This document shows positions 48,901 through 58,770 of a stretch of 64,000 nt of DNA, in pieces; position 1 is the stretch's first letter, and every line of letters starts with the position of its first letter. This stretch comes from Patescibacteria group bacterium. GTDB lineage: Bacteria > Patescibacteriota > Minisyncoccia > UBA6257 > HR35. Below the pieces are notes generated by a model. The model was not told the DNA's origin, did no database searches, and saw nothing but the letters and a program-made list of their open reading frames with translations. The DNA lies in contig JAUQQM010000001.1 in NCBI GenBank assembly GCA_030549895.1, positions 44,091-108,090 on the forward strand, written 5' to 3'. A program made the position numbers and the translations under genes.

Positions 48901-50549
48901 TCGAGGCTAATTTTGGAAATGCTTACGATACTGATAATAATTCTTTTGATTTTGTTCTTCAACCAAATCCAAAACCAGAAAACAAAAAAATTTCTAAACC
49001 ACTGCCAACAAGACCAACTGGTTTTAAAATTAAAACTTATTTTTCTGATCTAAATCTTGAGGGAAAATATTTGAGTTGGTATGAAAAAGTAAAAGAAGAA
49101 AATCAAATAATAGAGTTAATTTGGAATCAACCATTGATTAATGAATTTCAAGGTTACTCTTATAGAGTTGGATATAAATTTAATAATCAAGAGTCTTTAA
49201 ACTATCTTCAAGTTCAAGAGCCTATAAGAGATGATTTTTCTCTTGTTAGGATTCCTTTAAATGTCTGCCAACTAAGATCAGGACCTTATGAATTTTTTCT
49301 TGAGGTTTATAATGGCGAAGTCTCAAAAACTCTTGCCTCAACTACTTTTTTTAAAGATCCTTTTCTTTTTCCTTGTCCACCAAAAGCACCAGAAGTAAAG
49401 TTAGAGTTTGTAAATTTAAATAACGCTCAATTTCCTCCTCTTCCCGTATGGTACTCATCAAATTATTTTCTCAAACTCACTCTTAAAGATCCAGAAGATA
49501 CAGATTTTTTAGCTACACCTATATCTTGGCAGGAAATACCTCAATATAAAAGTTTTTATTTTATAAAAGTTGCTACTAGTCCAGAGCTTTTAAGTGATGA
49601 AAATTTTTTTAAAAGAAAAGATCTTTGGGGGATAGACTATGTAAGATCTGATAGTCCAAATAATCCTAGCAATCAAGCTTTAGAACCAGGGCAGAGAATA
49701 ATTTATATAGATCTTTTTGATTTTGAAAAAGGTAAAACCTACTATCTTGGTATTAAAGCATTCAGTGTTTATGATTTTCTTTACTATATGGAACAAGATA
49801 AACAAACTTTTAGGGATTATCCTTTAGAACCTTGTAAGGTAGGTAGCTTTCGGGCAAGATTTAAAGATGGCCTTATTAATATTACAAATAACTGCATCTT
49901 TACTCATTATAATGGATATTATAGTAATTTTTACGATCGAATAAGTTATCCCCAAAACACCGGAATTTGGCAAGATCCAAATTTTTATGATACCGAGAAT
50001 CATTTAGAACCAATACCTAATATTCCACCTTCAAATTGGCAAGAAGTACCCCTAGAAAAACATGTTCAAAATTATCCTCATCTTCTTTCTTCAACTACGA
50101 TTGTTACTTTTACAGTTCCAGAAGATCTACCGATTCCTGATTCTTCAAGATTTTTTAAGTATGCAAAATTTTTTCAAGAAGATGGCTCTATTTATTTTGA
50201 ATTTACTCCAAGAAACAGAATTCCTCAAGTCTGGCGAATTATGGTCTCGCTTAAGACAGTAAAAGATAACACTTTCACCCCAAATATTCCTGGAGAAGAA
50301 AATTTTTATAATATGGTAACTCCTATTTTTACAATTTTTAGCGGTCCAGTAAGAGATTTTCCTTCTAAAGATCAAGATGGAAATGATCTTGTCTATAAAT
50401 TTAAAGTTTTAGATATTCCTCAAGATTATATTTTTGACGAAAATGATATCTTTTCTCTTGTTTTAGAATATTCCCCATATGGATATCCACGACCAAGTCT
50501 TCATTTTGATGATTTTAAATATAAATTTAACAACGAATACAGAGAATAA
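45990..50549 (+). CDS. Giant (1519 aa) secreted/surface protein: N-terminal Zn-dependent phospholipase C / nuclease-P1-like domain, K/E-rich linker, two lamin-tail (LTD) domains, C-terminal beta-rich region
   Basis: WYNHFYNPLTGKG and LGHILHLLEDLTVPEHV match PLC zinc motifs (HFYDP; LGxSLHYLGDxNQPMHA). Two copies of ...NSKDEFIELYNPN.FE..LS...KIPPY..FLI. Confidence 0.6.
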   Translation: MTIKLFLILLSPIIILGSLLSYSPYNTHQVLTEQIAEFYNLTTNERRLTAQEIEWMKQGAADEDYPPRWYNHFYNPLTGKGWTGSRLGKLNAQHVLNKLKELGLMVYDPVSSIEWAKNHYFQAREDDYWTWDFGIAKYGEGDYEKAFKTLGHILHLLEDLTVPEHVRDDAHPDLGIIGEIFKNLQDGSPYESWAKEYTLSNYNKINLAKELFEKGQIPYEVSSLEEAFHNLALFVNASFFSPDTIGVPEFPEPDINKLEINKDLVYYKNTVVAKLEKEGIKVVKEIAPYIWEKVTPELLKYGAGLVNLFLKEAENTKQDADIMSYYIYRTSLTQMGERILSWNIYHTSPLMQIIRFTNSIDKVKGKITLSYYSLKDKFLKKTNEVNEDQIKSEEISQKDVSLWKNQVIEDSNLSVKEESNKIEEEKSFQKEGKVAGLISEEPKKILEDKIEISENKVTENKISQKDSKVNKIETLKPLPTLIKKQKSDEKPEEDKENKKLQDSNKKDARQPIVIGGGYSSTQQSDSSSSKCKFDSSEKFPKVIINAIKFEGENSKDEFIELYNPNNFEVNLSCWSLAKKTAGTQNTEFSPLVTKKEFSGKIPPYSFFLIVHPSSSLKEKDLEYSSFSYSISKNNVVALLDPNNQIVDLVGFGDNKEKIKDFEKEPFIFQDLPTGAFIERINMKDSDDNSQDFQITKRSPYNSKISKRPKEKIYKLSELASLSPDDFQIFPQNRKLLIYVKEPYFPDDLQPVSNILIFSTSIQPVSLELTYKGKENTFVLDFCQEGNYEAELKIYDSDNELNFVSFKTNFTIENSACTLESFPKILISEVLIETETNSKDEFIELYNPNDFEIDLSNYKIVKKTSSGSQKTILSSNTQPKLEGKIPPYGYFLITNSSSTFVDIADLVYPYSSSKALADNNTILILDLNNKVIDKLGWGSAKDYEGSPSNIKDGYSLERKVTKDSTPESLRNFEANFGNAYDTDNNSFDFVLQPNPKPENKKISKPLPTRPTGFKIKTYFSDLNLEGKYLSWYEKVKEENQIIELIWNQPLINEFQGYSYRVGYKFNNQESLNYLQVQEPIRDDFSLVRIPLNVCQLRSGPYEFFLEVYNGEVSKTLASTTFFKDPFLFPCPPKAPEVKLEFVNLNNAQFPPLPVWYSSNYFLKLTLKDPEDTDFLATPISWQEIPQYKSFYFIKVATSPELLSDENFFKRKDLWGIDYVRSDSPNNPSNQALEPGQRIIYIDLFDFEKGKTYYLGIKAFSVYDFLYYMEQDKQTFRDYPLEPCKVGSFRARFKDGLINITNNCIFTHYNGYYSNFYDRISYPQNTGIWQDPNFYDTENHLEPIPNIPPSNWQEVPLEKHVQNYPHLLSSTTIVTFTVPEDLPIPDSSRFFKYAKFFQEDGSIYFEFTPRNRIPQVWRIMVSLKTVKDNTFTPNIPGEENFYNMVTPIFTIFSGPVRDFPSKDQDGNDLVYKFKVLDIPQDYIFDENDIFSLVLEYSPYGYPRPSLHFDDFKYKFNNEYRE

Positions 50550-50552
50550 ATT

Positions 50553-52058
50553 ATGACAAAAACAATTTCAGGGGAAATTATAGGTATAGAAGCCATACCA
50601 ATTGAAGTTGAGGTTGGAATTTTAAGTGGCCTTCATACTTTTAACATTGTTGGTCTAGCTGATAAATCTATAAATGAGGCGAAAGAAAGAATATCTCTAG
50701 CAATCAAAAGTATTGGCGCTAAACCACCTCTTCAGTTTTCAAAAAAGATAATTGTTAATTTAGCCCCAGCTGATCTTAAAAAAGAAGGCTCTCATTATGA
50801 CCTTGCTATCACTTTAGCTTTTCTTAAGGCCTCAGGTCAGATAAAAGGAGATATTGAAGATAAAATTTTTATTGGTGAACTTTCATTAAAGGGCCAAATT
50901 AGAAAGGTAAAAGGAGCTATTTGTTATGTTTTGATGGCAAAAAAGTATGGGATAAAAGAAATATTTATCCCAAAAGAAAATGAACATGAGGTTAGTTTTA
51001 TAAAAGGAATTAAGATCTTTCCAATTTCAACTCTTAGAGAGCTTATAGATTACTTAAGTGGAGTTAGAGAATTAAAACCATTAGAAACAAAAGAATTTTC
51101 TCCCGAATGGCCAGAAGAAAAATTTTACAGTTATATTAAAGGTTTAGATTTTCTAAAAAGAGTTCTTCAAATTGTTTCAAGCGGCGGTCATCATCTTTTA
51201 CTTTTTGGTTCTCCAGGTACAGGTAAGTCTTTACTAGCTCAGTCAATAGTTGATCTTTTACCACCACTTAATTTCGATGAGCTAATTGAAGTGATTACAA
51301 TTCATTCAATTTATGGATCAAAAATTAACTTCACTAGGCCATTTAGATCACCCCATCATTCTGCTTCAGAAGTTTCTATTTTGGGAGGAGGACAAAAAGT
51401 AAAAGCTGGAGAGATAACTCTTGCTCATAATGGTGTTTTATTTTTAGATGAATTTCCAGAATTTTCAAGAAAAGTTCTTGAAGGATTAAGAGAACCTTTA
51501 GAAAATGGCTATATAGTAATTTCCAGAGCAAAAGAAAAAATAAATTTTCCAGCAAAATTTATATTAATTGCTGCTATGAATCCCTGTCCTTGTGGTTGGT
51601 TTGGTGATCCAGAAAAAGATTGTCGCTGCACTTTAAGCGAGGTAAGAAAATATCAGAAAAAAATTTCAGGTCCAATCTTGGATAGATTTGATATTTTTGT
51701 AAATGTTCCCAGGATAGAAACCGAAAAGATTTTAAATGAAAGAAAAGAAATAGAAAACATAGGTAAAATAAGAGAGAAAATATTAAAAACAAGAGAGATT
51801 CAATTAGAAAGGCAAGGTAAACTTAACAGAGATTTAACCTTTAAAGAGTTAGAGAAATTTATAAAAATTGGGAAAGAAGAAAAAGAATTTTTGATAAATG
51901 TTGGCGAAAGACTTAAAATATCTCCAAGAGGTATTCATAAGATTTTGAAAGTTGCCAGAACCATAGCTGATTTTGAAGAGAAAGAAAAGATAGAGATTCA
52001 ACATCTTCAAGAAGCTTTATGGTATCGTGAAAGTCAAGTTTTTGAAAACCAAGTTTAG
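50553..52058 (+). CDS. YifB/ComM-family Mg-chelatase-like AAA+ ATPase
   Basis: N-terminal ChlI-like domain, Walker A LLFGSPGTGKS, C-terminal Mg_chelatase_C. Confidence 0.8.
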   Translation: MTKTISGEIIGIEAIPIEVEVGILSGLHTFNIVGLADKSINEAKERISLAIKSIGAKPPLQFSKKIIVNLAPADLKKEGSHYDLAITLAFLKASGQIKGDIEDKIFIGELSLKGQIRKVKGAICYVLMAKKYGIKEIFIPKENEHEVSFIKGIKIFPISTLRELIDYLSGVRELKPLETKEFSPEWPEEKFYSYIKGLDFLKRVLQIVSSGGHHLLLFGSPGTGKSLLAQSIVDLLPPLNFDELIEVITIHSIYGSKINFTRPFRSPHHSASEVSILGGGQKVKAGEITLAHNGVLFLDEFPEFSRKVLEGLREPLENGYIVISRAKEKINFPAKFILIAAMNPCPCGWFGDPEKDCRCTLSEVRKYQKKISGPILDRFDIFVNVPRIETEKILNERKEIENIGKIREKILKTREIQLERQGKLNRDLTFKELEKFIKIGKEEKEFLINVGERLKISPRGIHKILKVARTIADFEEKEKIEIQHLQEALWYRESQVFENQV

Positions 52059-52069
52059 TATAATTTTAA

Positions 52070-53152
52070 ATGAAAAGTGTACTTGAAATTAAAAACTTAA
52101 AAGATAAAAAAATTTTTTTGAGAGTTGATTTTAATATAACTCTTCTAGGAAATAAGGCAACTGATCTTTATAGGATTAAAGAATCTCAGGAAACTATAAA
52201 ATATCTTGTCAAAAACGGTGCAAAAGTATTTTTGGTTTCTCATTTTCAAGATCCAGAAAAATTCTCTAAGAAATTTTCTCTTGACAGAATTTTAAAATAT
52301 GTTAAAAAGTTTTTTCCTTATATAGAATTTTTAGACTTTAAAAAAACTAATGATCTTTTAAACGGAAGATTCACTCCAGTTGGCAAGATTTTTCTTTTAG
52401 AAAATATAAGGTTTTTTGGCGATAAAGAAAATGATTTAGAAAAAGCTAAAAATTGGAGTAAAAATTTTGATATTTATGTAAATGAAGCTTTTTCTGCTTC
52501 TCATCGAGAGCATATCTCTACCTATTTACTTAGTAAATTTTTGCCTACCTATTTTGGTTTTAATTTTATAAAAGAGGTAAAAAATCTTTCTATTTGGGAA
52601 AGAGGAAAAGATATAATTTTAGTTTTAGGAGGTTCAAAAATTTCTACAAAATATCAACTTCTTAAGAATTTTCAAAAAGAAAAACTTGTAAAAAAAATAA
52701 TTTTAGGCGGAGCTCTTTTAAATTTTTACTTAAAGCAAATTGGTTTTGATATTAAGAAATCTTATTATGATAAAGATTTTAAAGAAATTTTGAGTCCAGA
52801 AAAAATACTTTATTTAGATGATGTTGTTTTTTTTAAAGAAAAAATTGTTGATCTCGGGAAAGACTCTTTAAAGAAAATAGAGGAAGAACTTAAAGATTTT
52901 AAAGGAATTTTAGTTTGGAATGGGCCATTAGGAGTTGTTGAAAAAAAACCATTTGATGAAGGCACAAAAAGATTTGCAAAGTTTTTAGTTAAAAAGAAAT
53001 TTTTCAAAATTGTTGGCGGTGGAGATACAATTTCTTTTTTGAATAAAATCAGGCTTTTAAAAAAATTTAACTATGTTTCTACTGGAGGAGGAGCGATGCT
53101 TTACTTTTTAGCTCATCGCACTCTTCCAATTTTAAATCTTGTCAGAAAATGA
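52070..53152 (+). CDS. pgk: Phosphoglycerate kinase (short form)
   Basis: LRVDFNITL...TIKYLVKNGAKVFLVSH; C-terminal GGGDT. Confidence 0.7.
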   Translation: MKSVLEIKNLKDKKIFLRVDFNITLLGNKATDLYRIKESQETIKYLVKNGAKVFLVSHFQDPEKFSKKFSLDRILKYVKKFFPYIEFLDFKKTNDLLNGRFTPVGKIFLLENIRFFGDKENDLEKAKNWSKNFDIYVNEAFSASHREHISTYLLSKFLPTYFGFNFIKEVKNLSIWERGKDIILVLGGSKISTKYQLLKNFQKEKLVKKIILGGALLNFYLKQIGFDIKKSYYDKDFKEILSPEKILYLDDVVFFKEKIVDLGKDSLKKIEEELKDFKGILVWNGPLGVVEKKPFDEGTKRFAKFLVKKKFFKIVGGGDTISFLNKIRLLKKFNYVSTGGGAMLYFLAHRTLPILNLVRK

Positions 53153-53702
53153 ACTTTTTAGGGAGAGAAAGTTTGTTTTTTTAGATTTAGAGTTTTCTTC
53201 TCTTATGCCTAATGCTGAAATTCTTGAAATAGGTGGTCTTTTAGTTGACCAACGGACTTTAAGGATAGAAAAAGAGTTCGAATATAAGATAAGGCCAAAA
53301 AATATCAAGCTTGCTGATCCAGAATCATTAAGGCTTATAAATTACACTCCAGAATCCTGGGAAGATTCAAGACCACTAAATGAAGTTCTTGAAGAGCTAA
53401 TCCCTATCTTTAAAGACAATATTATGGTTGGTTTTAATATTGCTATGGATTATGCGCGCCTCGAAAGGGTTTTCTTTGAAAATGGCTATATTTTCTATCA
53501 AAGAAAATCAGATCCGTTTTATAGGAGAAGGATAGATGTTCTTTCTATAGCTTATGCAAAACTTAAGGATGAGCCCCAGATAAAGTATTTTAGTTTAAGG
53601 GAACTTTGCGATTATTTTCAAATACCAATAAAAAAGGAGCATAGCGCCTTAGAAGACTCACGCGCTACATATAAACTTTTTCTTAAATTACTCGAGTTTT
53701 AA
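53139..53702 (+). CDS. DEDDh 3'-5' exonuclease (DnaQ/epsilon-like)
   Basis: Exo I VFLDLEFSS, Exo III HSALEDSRATYKLF. Confidence 0.7.
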   Translation: MSENELFRERKFVFLDLEFSSLMPNAEILEIGGLLVDQRTLRIEKEFEYKIRPKNIKLADPESLRLINYTPESWEDSRPLNEVLEELIPIFKDNIMVGFNIAMDYARLERVFFENGYIFYQRKSDPFYRRRIDVLSIAYAKLKDEPQIKYFSLRELCDYFQIPIKKEHSALEDSRATYKLFLKLLEF

Positions 53703-53715
53703 ATTATAATTTAAA

Positions 53716-54069
53716 ATGCAAAGAAAAAGCTTTATCGAGAAAAAAACAATTCTGTTTTTAAATATAGCAGTTTTTTTAATCCTAGTTTTTAGTTTTATAA
53801 AATCTCTTGAAGAGACAAAACCAGTAAAAAAAGAACTTAAGAAAGTTTTAAATCAACTTAATTTTTTAAAAAATGAAAACTCAGCTTTGCAAGAAAAAAT
53901 AGACTATCTAAAGTCAAAATATAATCTAGAGAAAGAGATTAAAAAAATTCTTGGACTTGGTTATGAGGGTGAAAGGTATATAATTGTAAATGAAGAAACA
54001 ATTCAACTGCCACAAGAAAAATCTTTTAAAGAAAAATTTAAAGATTTAATTAAAAAAATTCTACCATGA
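53716..54069 (+). CDS. FtsB/DivIC-like septum-formation initiator (tentative)
   Basis: TM plus coiled coil ...LKNENSALQEKIDYLKS...EKEIKKILGLGYEGERYIIVNE. Confidence 0.45.
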   Translation: MQRKSFIEKKTILFLNIAVFLILVFSFIKSLEETKPVKKELKKVLNQLNFLKNENSALQEKIDYLKSKYNLEKEIKKILGLGYEGERYIIVNEETIQLPQEKSFKEKFKDLIKKILP

Positions 54070-54584
54070 AAAAAGTAATTATCATCTTCTTTATTTTATG
54101 TTTTTTAGCCTTCATTATTTATCTTATCTCTACCAAAAATTATCCTATAATATTTGTTAATGGCAATTTTATTCCCGCTAAAGATTATTTTTTACATAAA
54201 AAGTCGTTTGATTATTTGAAAATAAATTCAAAACCAGAAAATCTTACTGAAGACATCAAAGAGTTATTTTTAGACAAAAAACTTTTAAAAAAGGTAATTT
54301 TTAAAAAGTTAATAGATTCTAAAATTTATGAAAAAGAAGTTAAAAGATTAAATTTATATTTAGAATCTGAAAAAAAGCTTCAAGAATATATCAGTCAGTT
54401 TCCCGAAACTTTTATCACTGAAATTGAAGCTTCTTATGGTCTTGATTTTGATGATTTTAAACGTTTAGTTTTAAGACCATTTTTCCAAAGGGAGGTTCTT
54501 AATGAAAAAATAAATGATTTAGATAACTACTTAAATTCTAAAAAATCTGTTATAATTATTTTACCTTGGGCAAAAATTATCTAG
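54066..54584 (+). CDS. Hypothetical membrane-anchored protein
   Basis: ORF only; N-terminal TM. Confidence 0.35.
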   Translation: MKKVIIIFFILCFLAFIIYLISTKNYPIIFVNGNFIPAKDYFLHKKSFDYLKINSKPENLTEDIKELFLDKKLLKKVIFKKLIDSKIYEKEVKRLNLYLESEKKLQEYISQFPETFITEIEASYGLDFDDFKRLVLRPFFQREVLNEKINDLDNYLNSKKSVIIILPWAKII

Positions 54585-54585
54585 A

Positions 54586-54921
54586 ATGGACAAGAAAATA
54601 AGCTTGATTACAAGTAAATATCTTCGAGATGTTCCAGAAATTAAAAGTGGTATGAAAGTAAGAGTAACAGAAAAACTTAAAGAAGGAAAGTTTCAACAGT
54701 TTGAAGGAATTGTTATTGCTGTAAAACATGGGAGAGGAATTAATGCAACTTTTACAGTTAGGGGCCAAGTTGCTGGTGAATGGGTTGAAAAAATTTACCC
54801 CCTTCATTCACCCATGATTGAGAAAATAGAAATTTTAAAAAAGGGGAAATCTAGAAAAGCTAAACTTTACTTTATAAGAGATTGGCCAGAAAGTAAAATT
54901 AGAAAAAGACTAAAATTATAG
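54586..54921 (+). CDS. rplS: Ribosomal protein L19
   Basis: ...GMKVRVTEKLKEGKFQQFEGIVIAVKHGRG...KAKLYFIRD. Confidence 0.9.
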   Translation: MDKKISLITSKYLRDVPEIKSGMKVRVTEKLKEGKFQQFEGIVIAVKHGRGINATFTVRGQVAGEWVEKIYPLHSPMIEKIEILKKGKSRKAKLYFIRDWPESKIRKRLKL

Positions 54922-54992
54922 CGGGTGTAGTTCAATGGTAGAACGTCTCCCTTCCAAGGAGAAGGTTGCGGGTTCGAGTCCCGTCACCCGCT
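54921..54992 (+). tRNA. tRNA-Gly (TCC)
   Basis: GCGGGTG acceptor, anticodon loop CTTCCAA, T loop TTCGAGT. The first nt is shared with the rplS stop codon. Confidence 0.85.
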
Positions 54993-54993
54993 C

Positions 54994-55066
54994 GGGCCGG
55001 TAGCTCAGTTGGTAGAGCGCCGCTATGGCATGGCGGAGGTCACGGGTTCAAGTCCCGTCCGGTCCA
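54994..55066 (+). tRNA. tRNA-Ala (GGC), G3:U70
   Basis: GGGCCGG/CCGGTCC acceptor with G3:U70, anticodon loop ATGGCAT, T arm ACGGG-TTCAAGT-CCCGT. Confidence 0.85.
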
Positions 55067-55109
55067 CAATTTTATTTTGTAGATTTTCAAAGATTAGTTA
55101 TAATTTTTA

Positions 55110-56126
55110 ATGCCAAGAAAAAAGAGAATTTTTGAAAAATTACCTGAACCTATAATTGAACCTCAAAGCGAAAATTTTTGGGAAGCTTGGCAAACTTTCA
55201 ATCCAGGAGTACTTTTTTGTGATGGGAAAATTCATTTTCTTTATAGAGCAATAGGATATGATGGTATTTCTAGATTTGGTTATGCTTTTTCTTATGATGG
55301 TTTTGAAATAGAAGAAAGACTTCAAGAGCCTGTATATGAACATAAAACTCATTTTCGGGAATTTTCATTTTATTCATATTTTTCAGGTGGATGTCTTGGT
55401 GGTGCTGAAGATCCAAGAATTACTTTAATTGAAGATACAATCTATGTTCTTTATGTAGGTTTTGATAATTATTTACCTCAACTTTATATAACTTCAATTA
55501 AAAAAGATGATTTTCTTTCTTATAACTGGAACTTTACTAAAGCAATAAATATTTCCCCGCCTAACATTATTGTTAAAAGCGGAGTTCTTTTTCCAGAAAA
55601 AATTAAAGGTAGGTATCTTATTTTCTATAGAATCTTTCCTGATATTTGGGGAGATTTTGTTGATGATTTAGAGTTTAAAGAGAAGAAATATCTTCAAGGA
55701 GAAATTTTTATAAAAATAAGGGAAAATAGTTGGGACAGTAGAAAAATAGGAGCAGGGGCGCCCCCAATTAAAACTCGCTATGGTTGGCTTTTAATTTACT
55801 ATGGGGTTAACGATAAAGATCCGGGTAAATATCATATTGGGGCAATGATTCTTGATTTAGAAGATCCTAGGAAAGTAATTGTAAGATCAGAGCCACTTAT
55901 AAGTCCTTCTGAGTGGTATGAACTTAATGGTCATAAACCAGGAATTTGTTATCCTACTGGAGCAGTGGTTAAAGATGGAAAAATTTTAATTTACTATGGT
56001 GCAGCTGATAGTTATGTAGCTGTTGCTTGGGCTAGCTTTGATTACTTTTTAGAAGAGTTAATAAGAGGTAAAAAAGCTTATTTTGAGAAAAAACTTGTAG
56101 GTAAAAAATCAAAAACTAGAAAATGA
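55110..56126 (+). CDS. GH130-family glycoside phosphorylase-like protein (single domain)
   Basis: WQTFNPGVLFCDGKIHFLYRAIGYDGISRFGYAFSYDG...GGAEDPRITLIEDTIYVLYVG, the GH130/DUF377 signature. Confidence 0.7.
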   Translation: MPRKKRIFEKLPEPIIEPQSENFWEAWQTFNPGVLFCDGKIHFLYRAIGYDGISRFGYAFSYDGFEIEERLQEPVYEHKTHFREFSFYSYFSGGCLGGAEDPRITLIEDTIYVLYVGFDNYLPQLYITSIKKDDFLSYNWNFTKAINISPPNIIVKSGVLFPEKIKGRYLIFYRIFPDIWGDFVDDLEFKEKKYLQGEIFIKIRENSWDSRKIGAGAPPIKTRYGWLLIYYGVNDKDPGKYHIGAMILDLEDPRKVIVRSEPLISPSEWYELNGHKPGICYPTGAVVKDGKILIYYGAADSYVAVAWASFDYFLEELIRGKKAYFEKKLVGKKSKTRK

Positions 56127-58021
56127 TAAAAAGGTATGAAAAAAACCCAATTTTAAGCCCTGATTTTAAATCATCTTGGGAAGCATATGCAGTTTTTAAC
56201 CCTTGTCCAGTAATTTTTAAAGGAAAAATTTATCTTTTATATAGAGCTCTTTCTTTGCCTCACTATCATCATTTAGCAAGAATGGTTCTTTCTGTCTCAG
56301 ATATAGGAATTTGTGAAAGTAAAGATGGAATTAATTTTAAAAAAAGAAGAAAATTTATTTGGCCAGAGTATGAATGGGAAAAATTTGGTTGCGAAGATCC
56401 AAGAATTGTTGAGTTCGAAGGTAACTTTTACATTTTTTATACAGCTCTTTCTGTTTATCCTTTCTCAAGTGAAGGAATTAAAGTTGGTTTAGCAATCTCT
56501 AAGGATTTGAAAAGTATAAAAGAAAAACATCTTATTAGTCCTTTTAATGCAAAAGCAATGAGTCTTTTTCCGGAAAGAATAGATGGAAAAATTTGGGCAA
56601 TTCTTACAGTAAACACTGATAGACCCCCGGTTGAAATTTGTCTTTGGCAAGGAGAAAGAATTGAAGATTTATGGAATGAGAAAAAATGGATAGAGTGGTA
56701 TAAAGAGCACAAGAATTGGGCTCTTAATCTTAAAAGAAAAGACAACGACTACATAGAAGTTGGCTCTCCTCCACTAAAGACTCCTTATGGTTGGTTACTT
56801 TTTTTCAGCTATATTAAAGATTATTTTTCTCCCTCAAGAGTTTTTACTATCGAAGCCATGCTTTTAGATTTAAAAGATCCAAGAAAAATTATAAGCAGAA
56901 CAAAATTTCCTCTTCTTTTTCCTTTGCAGCATTACGAAAGGATAGGCATTGTAAACAATGTTGTTTTTCCTTCAGGAGCAATTTTAAAAGGAAAAAAGAT
57001 TTATCTTTACTACGGAGCAGCGGATACTGTTTGTGCTCTTGCTTTTGTTGATTTTGAAGAATTAATTAAAAAGTTAACCGAGAAAAAAGAATTTCAAGTT
57101 ATAAAGTTAGAGAAACCAATAATTTCACCAACAGAACTTCCCTGGGAAAGTAAAGCAACATTTAATCCTGGAGTAATTTATCTAGAAGGCAAATTTCATA
57201 TTCTTTACCGGGCAATGAGCCAAGATAACACCTCTGTTTTTGGTTATGCTCAAAGTGATGATGGTCTACATATTACTTATAGATCAAAAGAGCCAGTTTA
57301 TATTCCAAGAGAGGACTTTGAAAAGAAAATTATCCCCAAAGGAAATAGTGGTTGTGAAGATCCACGAATCACCTACATAAAAGAAGATAAAAAAATTTAT
57401 CTTCTTTATACAGCTTTTGATGGTCTTAACCCTCCAAAAGTTGCTTTTTCTTCAATTAAAGTTGATGATTTTCTTTCAAAAAATTGGAACTGGGAAAAAC
57501 CAAAAGTAATTTCTTTTCCTAATTTAGATGATAAAGATGCCTGTTTGTTTCCGGAGAAAATTAATGGTAAATATTGGATTGTCCATCGCGTTGGTGATGA
57601 TATAGATATTACTTGTGTAGATAATTTAGAATTTAAAGATTATTTAGGCGAGATAAGATGGATTTGGCCAAGACCTGGATTTTGGGATAGCAGAAAAGTA
57701 GGAGCTGGTGCTCCACCAATAAAGACTCCTTATGGTTGGCTTTTGATTTATCATGGAGTAGACGAGAAAGGAGTTTATCGAGTTGGCTTTATCCTTACTG
57801 ATCTTAAGAATCCTTTGAAAATTATTTCCAGAAGTTACGAGCCATTTATGGAACCAGATAAAGATTGGGAAATTAAAGGATTAGTTGATAATGTAGTTTT
57901 TCCTTGTGGGATGGTTATGCTTAAAGATAAAATTTTTATTTACTACGGAGGAGCAGATAAGGTTGTTGGTGTTGCTTTAACATCTTTAAAAGATGTTTTA
58001 GCTCATTTAGGGATTAAATGA
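56123..58021 (+). CDS. Tandem double-GH130-domain protein (beta-mannoside phosphorylase-like)
   Basis: Two repeats of ...FNP..V...GK...LYRA...GCEDPRI......Y..YTA...PPIKTPYGWLL.YHGV... Confidence 0.7.
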   Translation: MIKRYEKNPILSPDFKSSWEAYAVFNPCPVIFKGKIYLLYRALSLPHYHHLARMVLSVSDIGICESKDGINFKKRRKFIWPEYEWEKFGCEDPRIVEFEGNFYIFYTALSVYPFSSEGIKVGLAISKDLKSIKEKHLISPFNAKAMSLFPERIDGKIWAILTVNTDRPPVEICLWQGERIEDLWNEKKWIEWYKEHKNWALNLKRKDNDYIEVGSPPLKTPYGWLLFFSYIKDYFSPSRVFTIEAMLLDLKDPRKIISRTKFPLLFPLQHYERIGIVNNVVFPSGAILKGKKIYLYYGAADTVCALAFVDFEELIKKLTEKKEFQVIKLEKPIISPTELPWESKATFNPGVIYLEGKFHILYRAMSQDNTSVFGYAQSDDGLHITYRSKEPVYIPREDFEKKIIPKGNSGCEDPRITYIKEDKKIYLLYTAFDGLNPPKVAFSSIKVDDFLSKNWNWEKPKVISFPNLDDKDACLFPEKINGKYWIVHRVGDDIDITCVDNLEFKDYLGEIRWIWPRPGFWDSRKVGAGAPPIKTPYGWLLIYHGVDEKGVYRVGFILTDLKNPLKIISRSYEPFMEPDKDWEIKGLVDNVVFPCGMVMLKDKIFIYYGGADKVVGVALTSLKDVLAHLGIK

Positions 58022-58770
58022 AAATTAATTTTAAAGATAAAAAACTTTTAGCTTTTGATTTAGATGGAACTTTAACTTTAAGTAAATCAAAAATTAAAAA
58101 AAAGATGAAAAAATTACTTTTAGATCTGAGTAATTTTTATTTTATCTTTATAATTGGAGGTGGAAGAAAAAAAGAAATTGAAAGACAAATAGAAGACCTT
58201 AGAGACTATGTTTTTCTTGGTGCTGTTTCTGGCACCAGAATTTATAAGAAAGGAAAACTAATATTAAAAGAAAAGAATATGACAAAAAAACAAATTGAAC
58301 TTATAAAGAAAAATCTTAAATTTTATTTAAAAAGTTTAAAACTTAATTTTAAAACATTTGGCAGAAGAATTGATTTTCGCGGTTCTCAACTTACTTTTTC
58401 TTTTTTAGGCGTTAAAGCACCACTTGAAGAAAAGTTAAAATTTTCCAAACTTGATGAGAAAATTAAAATAAGAAAAAAATTAATTTATTATATGAAGAAA
58501 AGATTAAAAAATATTGACTCTTCCATAGGTGGCTTAACTTCAGTTGATTTTAATTTAAAAAATCAAAATAAAGGTTCAATGATTTTAAAGCTTGCTAAAT
58601 TTTTAGGAATTAAAAAGAGGGAAATTTTATTTTTTGGGGATAAAATTTTTCCTTATGGTAACGATTATTCTGTTTTTAAAAAAGGAATAGAATGTATTTT
58701 AGTTAAAAATCCAGAGGAGACTTTTAAAATTTTAAAGAAAATTTATGGATATTTTAAAAATAATAATTGA
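58018..58770 (+). CDS. HAD-IIB hydrolase, eukaryotic-type phosphomannomutase-like
   Basis: LLAFDLDGTLT DxDGT motif; about 250 aa; operon context with GH130 genes. Confidence 0.55.
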   Translation: MKINFKDKKLLAFDLDGTLTLSKSKIKKKMKKLLLDLSNFYFIFIIGGGRKKEIERQIEDLRDYVFLGAVSGTRIYKKGKLILKEKNMTKKQIELIKKNLKFYLKSLKLNFKTFGRRIDFRGSQLTFSFLGVKAPLEEKLKFSKLDEKIKIRKKLIYYMKKRLKNIDSSIGGLTSVDFNLKNQNKGSMILKLAKFLGIKKREILFFGDKIFPYGNDYSVFKKGIECILVKNPEETFKILKKIYGYFKNNN

